Numbered from the whole stretch's first letter, positions 15,053 through 28,260 are shown. The stretch is DNA of 58,480 nt, filler included, from Catajapyx aquilonaris (GCA_000934665.2; 4 parts of 4 records of this genome joined end to end with filler, not necessarily neighbours in it); one strand, 5' to 3'. Notes: generated by a model not told the origin, from the sequence alone. Numbers and translations: made by a program.

Positions 15053-15550
15053 AAAAATATATAAAAAACCTTTTTAAGAACACGCTTTATATTTCCAAGT
15101 GCACTAAAAAGTAGAAAATAATTTCTTCCTCAATCTTCAGCTTTCTCTTTTACCGTGAACTGAACAGAAGATTCATGACTTTCTTTCCATGGAATTCAGC
15201 TACTGCAGTATTGTCTTGCTTTACTTATATTCTTATACGGCCTACATGAAGAAAAATAAAGCGTGGGCACTAAATGACACATTATCTACTTCCATGGCAT
15301 GAAATATAACCATGTACAGTATTAAAATTTTAGTGCCCACGCTTTATTTTTCGTCATGTAGGCCGTATAAGAATATAAGTAAAGCAAGACAAGACTGCAG
15401 TAGCTGAATTCCATGGAAAGAAAGTCATGAATCTTCTGTTCAGTTCAAGGTAAAAGAGAAAGCTGAAGATTGAGGAAGAAATTATTTTCTACTTTTTAGT
15501 GCACTTGGAAATATAAAGCGTGTTCTTAAAAAGGATTTTTATATATTTTT
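15053..15550. repeat. Long near-perfect inverted repeat (~222-bp arms, 54-bp spacer)
   Basis: 15053-15274 is the reverse complement of 15329-15550 with only a few mismatches. Confidence 0.92.
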
Positions 15551-16158
15551 TTACCAGGAGAGAGATAATATTGACCTAGCAATGTCGGCCTAAAGTAGAG
15601 GAGAGGGCGTAAAAAGCGGTGTCCCACGGGTTTTAAAGTGGGCAAACCCAGTGACTTCTGAAAATGCCGTAGACCACCTCCCTATCACGTCGTACCCGCT
15701 TGACAAAATACTACTCCAAGAGGCAGGCTTGCTGTAGAGTGTAGACTAAAATGCCATTTAAAAAAATGAGCATTTCAGTGATACAGGCAGCAAACAGGTA
15801 TTATTAAGTATCCTCAACAATGTGTTATTGTGTGCAAAAACGTAACGATTCAATATGGTAGGCCTACTTGAGGGCTTCAAGCTTTTCCTTATGGGCTGTG
15901 CTATGTCCAAAATTGCTCGATTTGGACTCAAGGGTACTTACAGCTCCGTACCCTCAGGAGGGGCATCTGGTACCCCCTGGGTGTACGGGTACCCCTGGTT
16001 GGGAACCCCTGCCTTAGCTTGTTCTTCCTGGACGTCACAATGGGCACAATACTGTCAACAAATGGAAAATGTGACTAGAAAATCACAAAGGCTTGTGACA
16101 TCAGAAGTTTTCTAAGGTTGAATACATATGATGTACCGGTACTGTATACAGGGTGTAT

Positions 16159-16501
16159 TGGGGAGGCGGAGTGGTGCTGCGGCAACGTATGCGCCCACGG
16201 ATGTTAAGGTCCCGGGTTCGATCCCAACCCGGGGACACCCCCTTCATCTCGTGCAGAGTTCAGGGTCACCTCTGGCTTCGTCTCGGGTGGTATTTCCTAC
16301 AGACTAAACCACCCGGGGGAGTTCACTAAAAATGGCCACATTAAGACATTGCACTGCACCTTGCACATCCCCTCCTGTCATCCTGCCCGTGGGCCCGGGC
16401 GTTACGTATAAAGGCTCCAATGTACTTACCATAATAAATAAAGGTCCGTGCTGCATACCTCAGATGAGGTCAAGCACTACCCCGGATTATTATATTATTA
16501 T
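16159..16501 (+). mobile_element. tRNA-derived SINE, head A + tail T1, 14-bp TSD
   Basis: Box A/B, ATT-rich end; TSD TATACAGGGTGTAT at 16145-16158 and 16502-16515. Confidence 0.9.
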
Positions 16502-16505
16502 TATA

Positions 16506-16943
16506 CAGGGTGTATCAGAACTCTACCGTAAGCTATGTGCCAATGGCATAAGGGGCACCAGAGCATCATTATATGTAGAGGGGTCATCATCTCTAGGCCG
16601 CCTCATTACGGAGATAATTGCCTTCAAACACGTAGTACAAAGTATCCTGGGAGGTATGGAAACCTTCAGCCCCGACATCGCATCACTCGTGAAAATAGCA
16701 GCTTTTCCATTTAGCTACTAGCATGTCGCATGTGTACTGCATGTCGCATGTGATCTGTGACAATTTGTGACAATCTGTGACAATCTGTGACAATCACTCT
16801 TAGGCCCAATTGCTAAATCGCAAATGATCAATTATCTCAGTAATTAGGCTGCCCAGACATAATGACTCCTCTACATTAATTGATCCCCTGGTGCCCATTA
16901 AGCCATTGGCACATAGCTTACGGTAGAGTTCTGATACACCCTG
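16506..16943. mobile_element. Tc1/mariner-type MITE (TA|CAGGGTG...CACCCTG|TA)
   Basis: ~115-bp imperfect TIRs, TA flanks, internal (TGTGACAATC)x4 tandem. Confidence 0.88.
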
Positions 16944-18517
16944 TATAGGTATGCACTATGCACTCTCCAGCTCTTCCATTTTGGTATAGGTGTAAACTAG
17001 CATCCAGCAGAGGCCTATTTTCAACTGGCCGATTTTGGTTCTGATTTTAAAATCGCGTCTATATTTAAAATGTCATCTATAGCCAATATGTATTTGCGCA
17101 CTTCCCCCTTTCATTCTTCCGGGAAACAATCGCTTGCGAGAGACTTCGCAAAAGGCGTTGAAAGCAAAATGGAGCAGGAAGCACGGGCCTTCGGGCAAAG
17201 TTCCACTTGGTCAATCACAAGCACAATGGATAACAAAGCTTATATGGGCTGCGTTGTTGGGTGGAATGTCAGTCACTTCCTTTGTAAACACCCGCCACCA
17301 GCTCTGTCTGGCCCACATATTCCGGGTCTTTTCCTTTCATGACCAGCCCAAATCTGATAAACATTGTGTAATGATCCCTTCAGTAATATTCATGCATGTA
17401 AGAATTTATTTTTCGAAACAAATTGGGCCTTTGCAACAAAATCGAGTAAATTAACTTAATTACTTTCTCTTTGTAGCTATCATTAAATTGTATGAGAACA
17501 ATGAATTACCGAGATATTGGCTAAAAGTAATAGGCCTTTATTAGTTTGTTACAATTACATGTTTTGTTTCACATGGTGCAATTATTGTCAATTCATTTAT
17601 ACTATGAAAATTTCAAATCACTGAAGTGATTTTACAAATACGGTACCGGTACCACACCCTCTGCCATTAGTGTGAACGTATGTAACCCCAACTCATCATC
17701 ACTGTCAATAGGGCTTGTGTCATTCATCCGGATGATACCGTCGAAGATAGCAGTATTTGAATATAAATTGTGTCTTACATAATTATAGTTTGTTATGTGT
17801 TGAGACAGTTGACGCCTATAGGTGGCGAACTCCTGCATTATGCATACCACGCAATAGCCTATAATCTGTCACATTCGATTATGCAACGTCTCAATAATTA
17901 TGTCAAAACATTTCTTAAAAAGCCAGTTTGATTTTAAAATAAATATTTTGGGGACTTCGGTATAAGCGCTATCTAAATATTTTTCCTCATGCATTTTCTC
18001 AGAATTTGCCCCTCTTTCCGTGTCAGACTCTATATAGTCTAGATAACCACTGGCATCAGTAAAGTGGTCTTACAAGTATACGGTAGGTATATTCACTGGA
18101 AATTCGTGGTACGGGGAGACAGGAAGTTCGTTGGTTCACTAAAATTATCACTAACTTTTTGATTGCCAAAGTTTTATTACCACTTTTGGGCATGACGTCA
18201 TTCTGGATTACTGGCCCAAGTGGCCCACTTTCTTCTGAACGAAACATGGACTTACACTCGACGTTCGATGTTCGATGTTCCCTCACCTATTCCCCAACTC
18301 ATCCCAAAGAGTCGTGGTGCGCCACGCAGGCATCTACCTCCCTCCATCCTATAATACTTCATCTCTAAACACTTAACGTTATTGAATTGTCAAGAAACTC
18401 ATGACACATTTTTGAAGACTGTTATGGAAGAACGTTGTAAATGACATTTTGGCTGTTTTGAGTTAACAATGTAGAAACGGAGCAAATGGCCGGCTGGTTC
18501 GAACCTTAGACCATATA

Positions 18518-18975
18518 TCAGGGTGGTCACGGTAACTCTGGCAAACATCGCAGGGTGGGTAGAGGCCCCATAGGCAAGTATTTTGAGCTTCGGTACCTAT
18601 GTCCGGAAATGGGGGGCATTTCCGGACATAGGTACCGAAGCTCAAAATACTTGCCTATGGGGCCTCTACCCACGCGGCCGTTTCCACCTTTGGTCTGTTG
18701 CGCCTGGTGGGTAGGCAACCCACCGTACTCGAAGCTTGCGTTCATCAGGTGTGTCGCGTGTGGAGGAGACGAAGGTGAAAACAATTGCGAGTGTCAAGTG
18801 CAAAACCTGCAGTACGATGGGTTGCCTACCCACCAGGCGCAACATACTAAAGGTGGAAACTGTCGTACCCCCATATGGGGGCATTTCCGGACATGGGTAC
18901 CGAAGCTCAAAATACTTGCCTATGGGGCCTCTACCCACCCTGTGATTTTTGCCAGAGTTACCGTGACTACCCTGG
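18518..18975. mobile_element. TA-flanked palindromic MITE with a triplicated ~58-bp unit
   Basis: CAGGGTGGTCACGGTAACTCTGGCAAA...TTTGCCAGAGTTACCGTGACTACCCTG; internal near-perfect hairpin 18554-18673. Confidence 0.87.
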
Positions 18976-19393
18976 TATGCCAGTAGACGCTCCCCTCCAG
19001 TTTACGAGCAAGAGCAAAAGTGGGCACAACATCTCCGAGGGGGGGATCACGTGACTTAGGGCAAAAGGGAGGCGGGAATACGAATTAGCGTGGCGCCTTA
19101 TGGCGATTGCGGCTCGCTTTGCGCCGTCACTGTCAGGCGCCTATTGGGACTAAAAATATGCAATGCATACCAGATGAAAGCTCCACTCAAGCCCCGTCTC
19201 ATGCCGTACATCTCCATCCGAGAGGTTGAGCGGGGAATCTGTTACACGAGAACATACAAAACCCTACCCCGTGTCATTGCTTCTCGCCGCAAGTGCAGTT
19301 TGTGTTACTACACCACTCAAACAAACCACACTAAAATGTTCCAAATTTTGATATGTTGTAAAGACAATCTTACTTTGCATATTGCACCAACTC

Positions 19394-19699
19394 ACCGAAG
19401 CAGCAGTAGGTGAGGGGATATGGTATCCGGCTGCTAATCGGGAGGTCCGGGGATCAAATCCCGGGACCGGCAACTCTGACCGTGGTTTTCTGTGGTTTCC
19501 CACGGTCCCTCCAGGACAATTCCGGAGTTGTTTCCGTAATTAACAGGCCACAGCCGCTTCCTTCCATCCCTATCCCTTCCCAAAAAGCGAAGCAAAAAGT
19601 TAAAAGCAAAGAGTTCCTGACAAACAAAATAATTGGGATGAACTCCCCCCATAAGGGAGCCAATGGCTCTATCACGGGGTAAATTATTATATTATTATT
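19394..19699 (+). mobile_element. tRNA-derived SINE, head B + tail T2, 15-bp TSD
   Basis: TSD ATATTGCACCAACTC at 19379-19393 and 19700-19714; empty site in the mirror arm (~20310-20325). Confidence 0.92.
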
Positions 19700-19847
19700 A
19701 TATTGCACCAACTCGGGGCAGATTATCGAGGTTGATTTAATACGATTTTATCCGAAAATAAAAAAGTGAGCATGAGAGATATCGGAACTTAGGGTATATC
19801 ACAGCAGCTTGAGTTAGGTACTGATGGATCAAGGTACGTGCAAAACC

Positions 19848-19920
<73 letters not shown>

Positions 19921-20009
19921 GCAGCATCAGCAGGCTTATCATCATTATCACCACCAGCATCATCATCATCATCATCATTACTGCTACTATTGCTATGTAT
20001 TATTATTAC

Positions 20010-20063
<54 letters not shown>

Positions 20064-20071
20064 TACTACTT

Positions 20072-20112
<41 letters not shown>

Positions 20113-20185
20113 GTTGCTGCTATTCTTTTTACTGCTACTATTGCTATTATTATTATTATCATCATCATCATCATCATCATCATCA
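19848..20185. repeat. Compound trinucleotide microsatellite (AAT/CAT/TAT/TAC)n
   Basis: Directly visible; produces spurious low-complexity ORFs. Confidence 0.97.
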
Positions 20186-22658
20186 TAGGTTTTGCACGGA
20201 CTCTGATCCATCAGTACCTAACTCAAGCTGCTGTGATATACCCTAAGTTCCGATATCTCTCATGCTCACTTTTTTATTTTCGAATAATTAAATCAACCTC
20301 GATAATCGTCCCCGACTTGGTGCAATATGCAGAGGAAGATTGTCTTCACAACATATTAAAATTTGGAACATTTTAATGTGGTTGTTTAAGTGACGTAGTA
20401 ACACAAACTACACTTAACGGCGAGAAGCAATGACACAGGGCAGGGTTTTGTATATCCTCGTGTAACAGATTCCCCGCTCAACCTCTCGGATGGAGATGTA
20501 CGGCATGAGACGGGGCTTGAGTGGAGCTTTCATTTGGCATGCATTGCATATTTTTATTTCCAATAGGCGCCTGACAGTGACGGCGCAAAGGGAGCCGCAA
20601 TCGCCATAAGGCCCCACGCTAATTCGTATTCCCGCCTCCCTTTTGCCCTAAGTCACGTGATCCCCNCCCCCCCCCACCCACCACTCGGAGATGTTGGGCC
20701 CACTTTTGAGAGGGCGAGGGAGCGTCTACTGGTATAATTATATGGTCTAAGGCTCGAACAGTATAGTCCACCCAACGCCTTCTGTTGATTAGCCGAGAAA
20801 AAGCCGGGCATTCCAGCAAGAGTACATTCACGTTGCATGGGAATGATGGGATCCACGGCAAAAAACATGTCTCCTGAAAAGTTGCCAAAAGTCATTTGCA
20901 ACGTTCTTCCATAAGTCCTTTTTTATACACCTTTACCTTTTATTATCGGTAATATAAAACAACTGACATAATTATAATAAACGCATTTTTTGGGGGGTCA
21001 AAAACATCACGTATAGGTGCTGGACTTGAAGGAACTCCTTTACTTGTTGGGAGTAGGATCCATATGCACTACCTCTTCATGGTCTATCTCCCCTGTAGGT
21101 TCCAGGGTCATGGTCAGAGTGGGGTCATTGCTCACATCACCTTGAATCTGCTCAGATGGGAATTCTTCTACGGGATCCTGTATCTCAGCATCATCCGACT
21201 CATCATCCGTTATTGTAGTAATAAGAAGACCCAAAAGCACTGATGCCTCCATTATGGAGTCTTCTAGTTCCTGCATGGACGTATGGAGCTCCTCGTCCAT
21301 CATTTGCATACCGGTATGTAAGGTCGTTGCTGCAAGGTGTTGTATCAGATCGGAAACCTGTGAATAAGGAAATCGTGTCTGGCTTGTTATCGGTACTGTC
21401 TTTTCAATGCAGTGGTACTTTGGAGGTATTCTGGACTTGCCTCATCTGATTCGACGGGTGTGTCTTCGTAGATAGCCATCTTTTATTGGGACCTAAACTT
21501 AAATAAAATTTAGACTTTTTTGACAGCTTAATAAACTGGATTGTTGTTTTCAAAACTGATTTGCCAGGCAACTGCAGGGTGTCAAGACTGCCAACCGGAA
21601 ACCGTATGATATTCATTATTACATCCAGGCTAGGAAATAGCGCCCTGGTTACCTATATCAATAAGGACTACCACTTATGTTTCTGTACTTGCATCATTAT
21701 CCTATACGTAGCATCACTGAGCTATATTACACAGTTTTATTTGACATACCGTATTTACAGCAAGAGTTCTGTTATTTTATTATTATTATCTTTATATAAA
21801 ATGTAAGTTTTAAACATACACACATACCTAAGATAAGTTTAATTTACAAATTATACCCTACTATAAAACCACTCGCTTCGCTCGCTCTTTTCTAGGCCTG
21901 CGGTATAGGGCATGTTCTTAATGATGCCCATCCAACAATTATCCGCATCATACTCCCCCCCTCCCTCCCCCCTCCTTATATTACCCCTTTGACGGCTATA
22001 AGTACATCATAATTATTATGATGTCCTGAGGTTGGTGCGCGAGGATGTGCATAGAGAAGGCGACCTTTGCGGTGCCAAACCCGGTTCAATATGCTCCTGC
22101 CATCTCTTGGATGGTGACTCAACTGCCAGTGCAACTCCAGATTCCCCCCCCNAAACATGTTCCCTCAGTACAGGGTGTCCCGTTAAGTATGGACCCTTGG
22201 CCTTGGGAGTTTATCATAGGACAGTGTTGGACATAATATCGAGGCATAATGCTAGCGACATTTTCGGAACCGGCAGGAAGAAGGAATCTTGCTCGCCTGG
22301 CTTGCAGAATGCTTATCTTCGGTTCCTTCTTCAGTTCTTCTGCCGATTCGGAAAATGTCGCTAGCCACCAGTGCCTCGAATGCCTCGATTAATGTCCAAC
22401 ACTGTACAGTGTTGTGGTAATATTATGTAACCGTAAGAACAATGCATAGTGACTGACTGAGTAAACTTGTAGTTAGGCCTATCGACTTTCTGAGAGCCGG
22501 ACGATTCTAAAAAGTTTATTTCCGAAACATCCTGTAAATTAATTATTTCCCGGCATTTTACAACCAAAAGGACCAACACGAATTTAATTTTGGTGCGAAG
22601 TTGTTATTCATTAATATATCACATTATCACTCCTACCTCTGTACACATAGGTACACTG

Positions 22659-22884
22659 AATTAATTGATATTAGGGAGGTTGGCCCAGCATTGCCTTTCA
22701 ACCTCCAAGGATAGGGAAGGAAGGAAGCGGCTGTGGCCTATTATACGGAAGCGACCCCGGAATTATCCTAGAAAGACCGTGGAAAACCACAGAAAACCAC
22801 GGTCAGGGTTGCCGGCCCCGGGATTCGAACCCAGGACCTCCCGATTAGCAGTCGGCCTTATCCACCATGCCCACCTGCTTCGGT
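22659..22884 (-). mobile_element. tRNA-derived SINE, head B + tail T3, 14-bp TSD
   Basis: TSD ACATAGGTACACTG at 22645-22658 and 22885-22898; near-identical to 55963-56202. Confidence 0.9.
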
Positions 22885-22964
22885 ACATAGGTACACTGTA
22901 CTCCCGATTATTATCCGGGCTAATGACTGCACGGGTGTTGCCAGATAATTAGTGGGAAACACGG

Positions 22965-23305
22965 TGAGGCGAAGTGGTGCTGCGGTAACGTACGCGCCCA
23001 CGGATGTTAAGGTCCCGGGTTCGATCCCAACCCGGGGACACCCCCTTCATCTCGTGCAGAGTTCAGGGTCACCTCTGCCTTCGTCTCGGGTGGTATTTCC
23101 AACATACTAAACCACCCAGGGGAGTTCACTAAAAATGGCCACGTTTTAAGACATTGCACTGCACCTTGCACATCCCCTCCTGTCATCCTGCCCGTGGGCC
23201 CGGGCGTTTCAAATGAATCGGCACCAAAATGTACCTCCATAAATAAAGGTCCGTGCGATATGCCCCCATGTGGGGGCGAAAGCACATTACCCCAGCAGCA
23301 TTATG
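22965..23305 (+). mobile_element. tRNA-derived SINE, head A + tail T1
   Basis: Highly similar to 16159-16501; TSD GGGAAACACGG at 22954-22964 and 23306-23316. Confidence 0.9.
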
Positions 23306-25098
23306 GGGAAACACGGACAATCGGAAAATGGTCCTGGAAAGGGAGCTATTCACAGGTTGTTGATGTAGTACTACTGTACAAAGAGCATGCTGTTTGGTTA
23401 ATCCAAAAAAAATTAAACTTACCATAGAATATTACTTCGCCTTCTAAAAAAAGTATATGGTACTATATTTTTTCGTTGGGGAGACATATTGATATTGCTA
23501 TTGGATGGAATTTTCGTACCACTGCTAACTTTGCAGTACCAGTGTTGGCACTGGTACTGCTAAGTTAGCAGTAGGCCTATACACTATCTAACAGCGGGAC
23601 AAATATTGGACACATTTTTTTCGGACTTAAATGTTTATATTATGGCGATGCACGGATAATCCGCTCCCGGATAATCGTGAGTACAGTGTTGAATTCTATT
23701 GTTGGTTGCCAGTTGTGCCAACTCAATAACCTTCACTGACTGTATAAACAACCTGCCAGTTGGCACCACTGGATGACCAACAATATGCATTCCTGGCTGA
23801 TTGGAACGTGGGTAGATTTGCAACCCGATTATTTACGTTCGATTCTACGTATTCGACGGTATATAGTCAGTTTCCGACACTACACCGAAGGAAGTGCCTC
23901 GAAGACAGTGTACTGTAGGCCTACTTGCTACTTCCCATCTGTAAAAGCACCGCGCATGGGTAGGCCTACGCGCGCACATCCAAAGCAGTCCGATCAGTAG
24001 GCCTAATGCTAAGGTTAGAATTTCGAACTTACACATTTCTCCAGGCCAGTGCATACGGCATTTTTCAATAACCAGCTATACCCGCGGCGAAGGGGGGACT
24101 GGTAGGATAGGTGGGGAAGGGGGAAAGGTCCGGCAGGTGACGATGACGGCGGCGGGAGAGACGAAAAAGAGCGACCTACTCCCAAGGAGGTCAACATCCA
24201 ACCGGACATGTTCCACCCCCATCGCGCATGCTCGGAACGGGGGCCAATCGGAGGGGTCATGGTAACAATACGTATTGAATACGTCGCAGCAACAATGGAC
24301 GGGGGCCAATAGGAAGAGGTGGCGACAACAATAGGGGGGCGGACCAATCAGAGGGCTCGGTCGTGCAACGCAAGCATTTTAATATTATAGATTAACAATG
24401 AAATAGGATTGATATAATAATAACAATACGGTTGGTACTGCAATAAAAGCATCATTGGAACATCATTGGAACATCTCGTCTGCCCTGATATGTTCCATCT
24501 ACTCATTTGATATCCTGGCATATCATAGAAGCAGAAAGAAGATGCTAGATAACCTGGGATAGCACAGAAAGAAGAAAACACCAGCAGGGCAGTTGGGATG
24601 TTCCAATGATGGCCGATTACTGCTGTTGCTTATAAGATGATCCTCACCTGGATTACAAACGCAAATCGTCCAAGGTTTCACCTGAATCGAAGAGGAAATG
24701 CCAATGGGTATGTTAGCAGAGAAGTTCCCTTATTGTTAGCTTTTATTATACTATATTTATTTGAAAAAATATTTATGCCATTGGCATACACTATATTATA
24801 TGGATTTATTTTTGTGTTTTCTGAACATTTTTGGTACGCGTAATTTGGATGATAAGGGTAATTCTTGTATTTATCATTCGGTAATTTGTTAATATAAAAT
24901 CAAATTATATTTCATTACCATTGCCAGAAAACTTGACATGGAAAAATGGAAAGCTGATCCCAAATCAGCGCATTAAATCCCATGCCGCAGAAAATAGGTA
25001 AAATTTTGCAGAATAATGTGATCCTCCTAGTTACTCGTAGATCACTTTCGTAAAGTTATCATAATTATACATAATAGGTCTATTAGTAGCCGAATATA

Positions 25099-25600
25099 CA
25101 GTAGGCCCCGTTATCTGTGGGTTCGTTACTCGCGGTTTCAGTCATCCGCGGTTTGAAGATAGTGTAATTAATCAATATTAATAAAATTATTAAAAGTTCC
25201 ACGCGTATTTTTATTGCAGTACAGCAGATATTTTGGAAAATATCATATTTTATTGTTTATTGTTGTGTGTAATGTGTATAATTTGTAAATGAAACAGCAC
25301 TATATTATAGGTGTGTATATTTAATTACTCTACAAGTCTACAGTACTGTATAGTGCAGGACGCAAGGCAATGCTGGGCCGTCCTCCGTAAACAAATAATA
25401 AGTACTGTATAGTGATAGGTCTGACTATTCAATATCATTGTTAATTGTGTTGTTTGATGTTTTAATTGTATAATTTGTAAATTAAACTTATTACAAGTAT
25501 GTGTATTATGATTAAAAACATACGGTACGTATAATAGGGTTCGGTTTATTTGACGGAGGGCTTGGAACCAATTACCCGCGGATATAGTGAGGGCCTACTG
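25099..25600. mobile_element. pogo/Tigger-like MITE
   Basis: TA|CAGTAGGCCCCGTTATC...GATATAGTGAGGGCCTACTG; MER2/Tigger-like subterminal sequence. Confidence 0.7.
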
Positions 25601-28116
25601 CATAAAATATGAAAGTAATGGAAGTTGACGAGAAGATGTGAATCTTTTCAACCGACGATGTGACATTATTGTTGCATACTTTCTTCTGCACATTTCTTAT
25701 GAACTCACTCTGCTACAAGTATTCTTTCAAAACTCTCGAGTTTCCTGCTGTATGCAACTTCTATTGGACAGTTGGCACAGAAACTCAAGTGTGAATAAGG
25801 AAGTGTCGGTGTGTGACTAATCCTGAATCGGTGGTATACAAGCCTTCCCATCCAGCTGAATATATCGGCAGGAACAGAGCTGCACCGCCATTGGCGCACA
25901 ACCGTTGCCATGGTGTTGGAAATGGCCGCGCCCTCAAACTACTACTTTGGATCCATTTCTGAACGAGACAGTGTGCCTTTATTAGGCCTCGGAGCAGGTC
26001 ACCTGTGCTCAACTCAAACCCGATCACGTGCAGTGGGTCACATCATCAGTAGTCGGACAGACCCCCATCGTATTCGGGATCTTATAAGGTAAGAGGCCTG
26101 CCTATAAGGTAAAGGTTGGACGAATGAAACGTCTGCTGTTTCATGATCTATAAAAAGCCAGAAGTGAGCAATCGACGTGGCATAAATGGTCTCGTCGGGC
26201 GTGCCATGGGCTACTTGTCGTTTGGAGACCGTTTTTAACAGTGAAATAACAGAGGTGGTCATTATGAGGTTGATGTTTAGAGAGAACCGGCTGACTTCCT
26301 CCCGCCTTGATGTATAGCAAAAACTCAGCAACTCCTGCTTATATCCACGCGAAGTCTTATCACACGCAAGCTCCTTATAGGCGACTAGATGGTCAAGACA
26401 GATTGCTGCCCATGGCAATATTGTTCCAGAAGAAAATTAGCAACCAATCTTTGTTATTTATGTACTTTCAAAGTGCATAAAATTGTCAGGATCGTTATTC
26501 TCACCCATCGACTTCATGATAGTCAAGTAGGTCTAGTCCATATTCAGCAGAATACGAAATGCAGGTGACCCTTTTCTTCGTAATGTATGACACATCGTAA
26601 CGTAGTATTGCATGAATGCAATAGAATTCACAGTGTGTGACCATGCGGAGATGCGGAAGGTTACGTCGCATGTTGTAGAATTGTGAAGGATAAGTGTATG
26701 TAAATATCTAACGAGGGAAAATATCGACAATCGTTGTGAGGTTCGGTTTTGAAAAGGGTTTCTCATCGGCTACACCACATCGATTAATCATTCGCGCCCA
26801 TATCGATTGACCAGGGACAAATTAAAAATAAAAAGTCCATTCGATGGTTAGTAAAGCTCTCAAAGTTGGAGAAAACTTTTCGTGTCTAATTGCGATAACT
26901 TTTGCGGAAAATTGTCCTTGTCTTAATGATCGAGAATTTAGATGAATTTTATTTTTCTCAAGGTCTCGTGACACAAAAGTTTTAGAAAGTTACGTAATTC
27001 CAGTTATGTGTGCATTCTGTGTGATATGAAACCTGATGCCGTGTTACGGAAACGAGGTTTTTCGGGCGTGACAGTGTCTCGTATTCCACATTTTAAAATG
27101 TATTGTGTAATTTGGAAAATCACACTACTTCTTTACTTTTATAATTTTCCTATGGGCAGTAAAAACGTTACAAATATGCTTGAGTGATAGTCGGGGATGG
27201 TAATTTTAAAAAATGCAACACTTAAACCCGATGTAGAGAAAAATTACTATCGAACCTGTTGACAAGATCCATGTCAACAACTCCTATTGGATGCCATTGT
27301 ACACATGCCATCAAAATTTCCCATCTTTCATTAATGAATAACTATTCAGTCAGATGTCCCAGGAAGTAAAGGTAGCCTTCGCATGAAAGCTTTGTCGGTC
27401 TGCGTACAAAACCCACAGCATACCGTATGAGGTCCACTTACTAGAGTATAATGACATGCAGCGGGACCCACCCACCCACACCCTGGACTCATTTCGCAGC
27501 TCAATATCGGCCCTAAAGTTTGCAAGGACGCGTAACACTTTTTTGCTCTATAGAGTTCTCCTGGGGTCACACGTGTAACCAATGGTCATCTGATTGGTGC
27601 GAAAACCATTAGGGGGTGCTTACGGTAGATCTAGGTCACCGACTGGACTTCTGACACCGGCCAAAATGAATGCTTGTAACACTTTGGTGCTGAAAAAGGG
27701 GCACGAAGGTAAGGTCACTTTGCTGTAAATTAGATGAACTTTTCTGATTACGAATAATGCCAAGTGCTTCCCTTATTCTGGGCTTAATACATGTACTTGA
27801 CGATGATTGAAGAAAGTGATTCCGTTTTTGTTTCCGAACTACGTGCAAGCCAATACTGTAATAATAACTAACTGTCAGCTTTTATCAGGCCCACGGGAGC
27901 TTTATTTGTGTCACAAAAACTGATCCATAAAGGGCTACTAAGAATGAAATTGCAACACCACTATCCTTAGGGTATTTATGCACCTTTTTAAATAGTCTAC
28001 ATAGAGGCCGCCTATACAGGATGTTTGGAAAATTATGATACATATGGGTGCTACCACAGATGTAGAACACCAATAAGAATCAAAACTGCAAATGTTCCAA
28101 TACTACTGAATGTACT

Positions 28117-28260
28117 ATTATGGGGCTCAAATTGTTTTGCCCACTTTATCCTGGTCTTGAAGCAACCCTTCACACACACACACCTGCTCACCGTGGGGCC
28201 TGTACGAAGGGTTGCTTCAAGACCAAGATAAAGTGGCCAAAACAATTCGACCCTCATAGT
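28117..28260. repeat. ~145-bp palindromic mini-element
   Basis: AATTGTTTTGCCCACTTTATCCTGGTCTTGAAGCAACCCTTC mirrored by GAAGGGTTGCTTCAAGACCAAGATAAAGTGGCCAAAACAATT. Confidence 0.82.

Larger units (their letters stand above)
18980..20732. mobile_element. 1.75-kb foldback element with ~550-bp arms and a microsatellite core
   Basis: CCAGTAGACGCTCCC...GGGAGCGTCTACTGG|TA; arms align up to 19850 and from 20185; SINE present in the left arm only. Confidence 0.9.

Noticed and set aside
19737..20376. Long poly-I/N/Y/H ORFs
   Set aside because: Translations of trinucleotide microsatellites within a foldback element.
23253..23285. Stem-GAAA-stem suggesting a hammerhead ribozyme
   Set aside because: No CUGANGA core, and GAAA is not conserved in the 2343 and 16448 copies.
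25620..26770. Possible decayed coding sequence with several overlapping ORFs
   Set aside because: No recognisable motif in the frames I read; cannot be supported without a search.
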